Below, in pieces: positions 62,063 to 62,319 of a stretch of 62,319 nucleotides of DNA. The notes beneath the pieces were generated by a model that was not told the DNA's origin, did not search any database, and saw only the letters and a list, made by a program, of their open reading frames with translations. Each line of letters opens with the position of its first letter. Positions within the stretch are counted from its first letter, which is position 1. The position numbers and the translations under genes are program-made. Origin of the DNA: Actinomycetota bacterium (lineage in GTDB: Bacteria; Actinomycetota; Acidimicrobiia; Acidimicrobiales; VFJN01). Where the stretch lies: contig JBKPHT010000139.1 of assembly GCA_046730015.1 (NCBI GenBank), positions 1-62,319 on the forward strand, given 5' to 3'.

Positions 62063-62308
62063 TGCGTCGCCCGGGCCGGCCTCACCGACCGCGAGCGCGA
62101 GGTCCTTGTGGGCCTCGCCGCCGGGTGGTCCAACACCGAGCTGGCCGCCGAGCTGCACAGCGAGGCCACGGTGAAGATCCACGTGAGCAGCGTCCTGGCC
62201 AAGCTCGGCCTGCGCAGCCGTGTGCAGGCGGTGATCGCCGCCTACGAGTCGGGCCTGGTCCAACCGGGCGACGGCCGCTTCAGTCCCCGGCGGGAAGGCG
62301 GATGGTGA
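62063..62308 (+). pseudogene. LuxR/NarL HTH remnant with no receiver domain
   Basis: LTDREREVL..LA.GWSN.ELA..SEATVK.HVS.VL.KLGLR.RVQAVI.AYESG; no plausible N-terminal domain; HTH one residue short. Confidence 0.7.
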
Positions 62309-62319
62309 AGGTGGCGCCG

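Overview
High-GC actinobacterial chromosomal window, probably Acidimicrobiia (inferred from gene content and style). It has three zones. (1) About 1-14 kb is a patchy, partly decayed accessory region. It holds a tRNA-Phe 3' fragment (att-like) with a terminator, an excisionase-like HTH, DUF3892, a STAS/GAF-ANTAR/GAF-ANTAR cluster, a KmtR-like ArsR plus CDF transporter, and several frameshifted or truncated genes. (2) About 16-57 kb is intact core-like DNA: amtB, glnK, tRNA-Leu(CAG), the fhaA-fhaB-pstP-rodA-pbpA-pknB-gpmA cluster, an Fe-S oxidoreductase, an ECF sigma/anti-sigma fusion, dcd and an OmpR-type two-component system. (3) About 57.8-62.3 kb is a second decayed patch with an IS3-family remnant, an ECF42-like sigma, YciI genes and a LuxR fragment. 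The best candidate for an undescribed system is a 904-aa NapA-type cation/H+ antiporter fused to the C-terminal half of GlnD (degenerate HD plus two ACT domains, no nucleotidyltransferase). It lies directly downstream of amtB, with glnK nearby. A MIRU-like coupling element between rodA and pbpA is also notable. All family calls come from motif recognition by eye; no database searches were run, so novelty is unverified.
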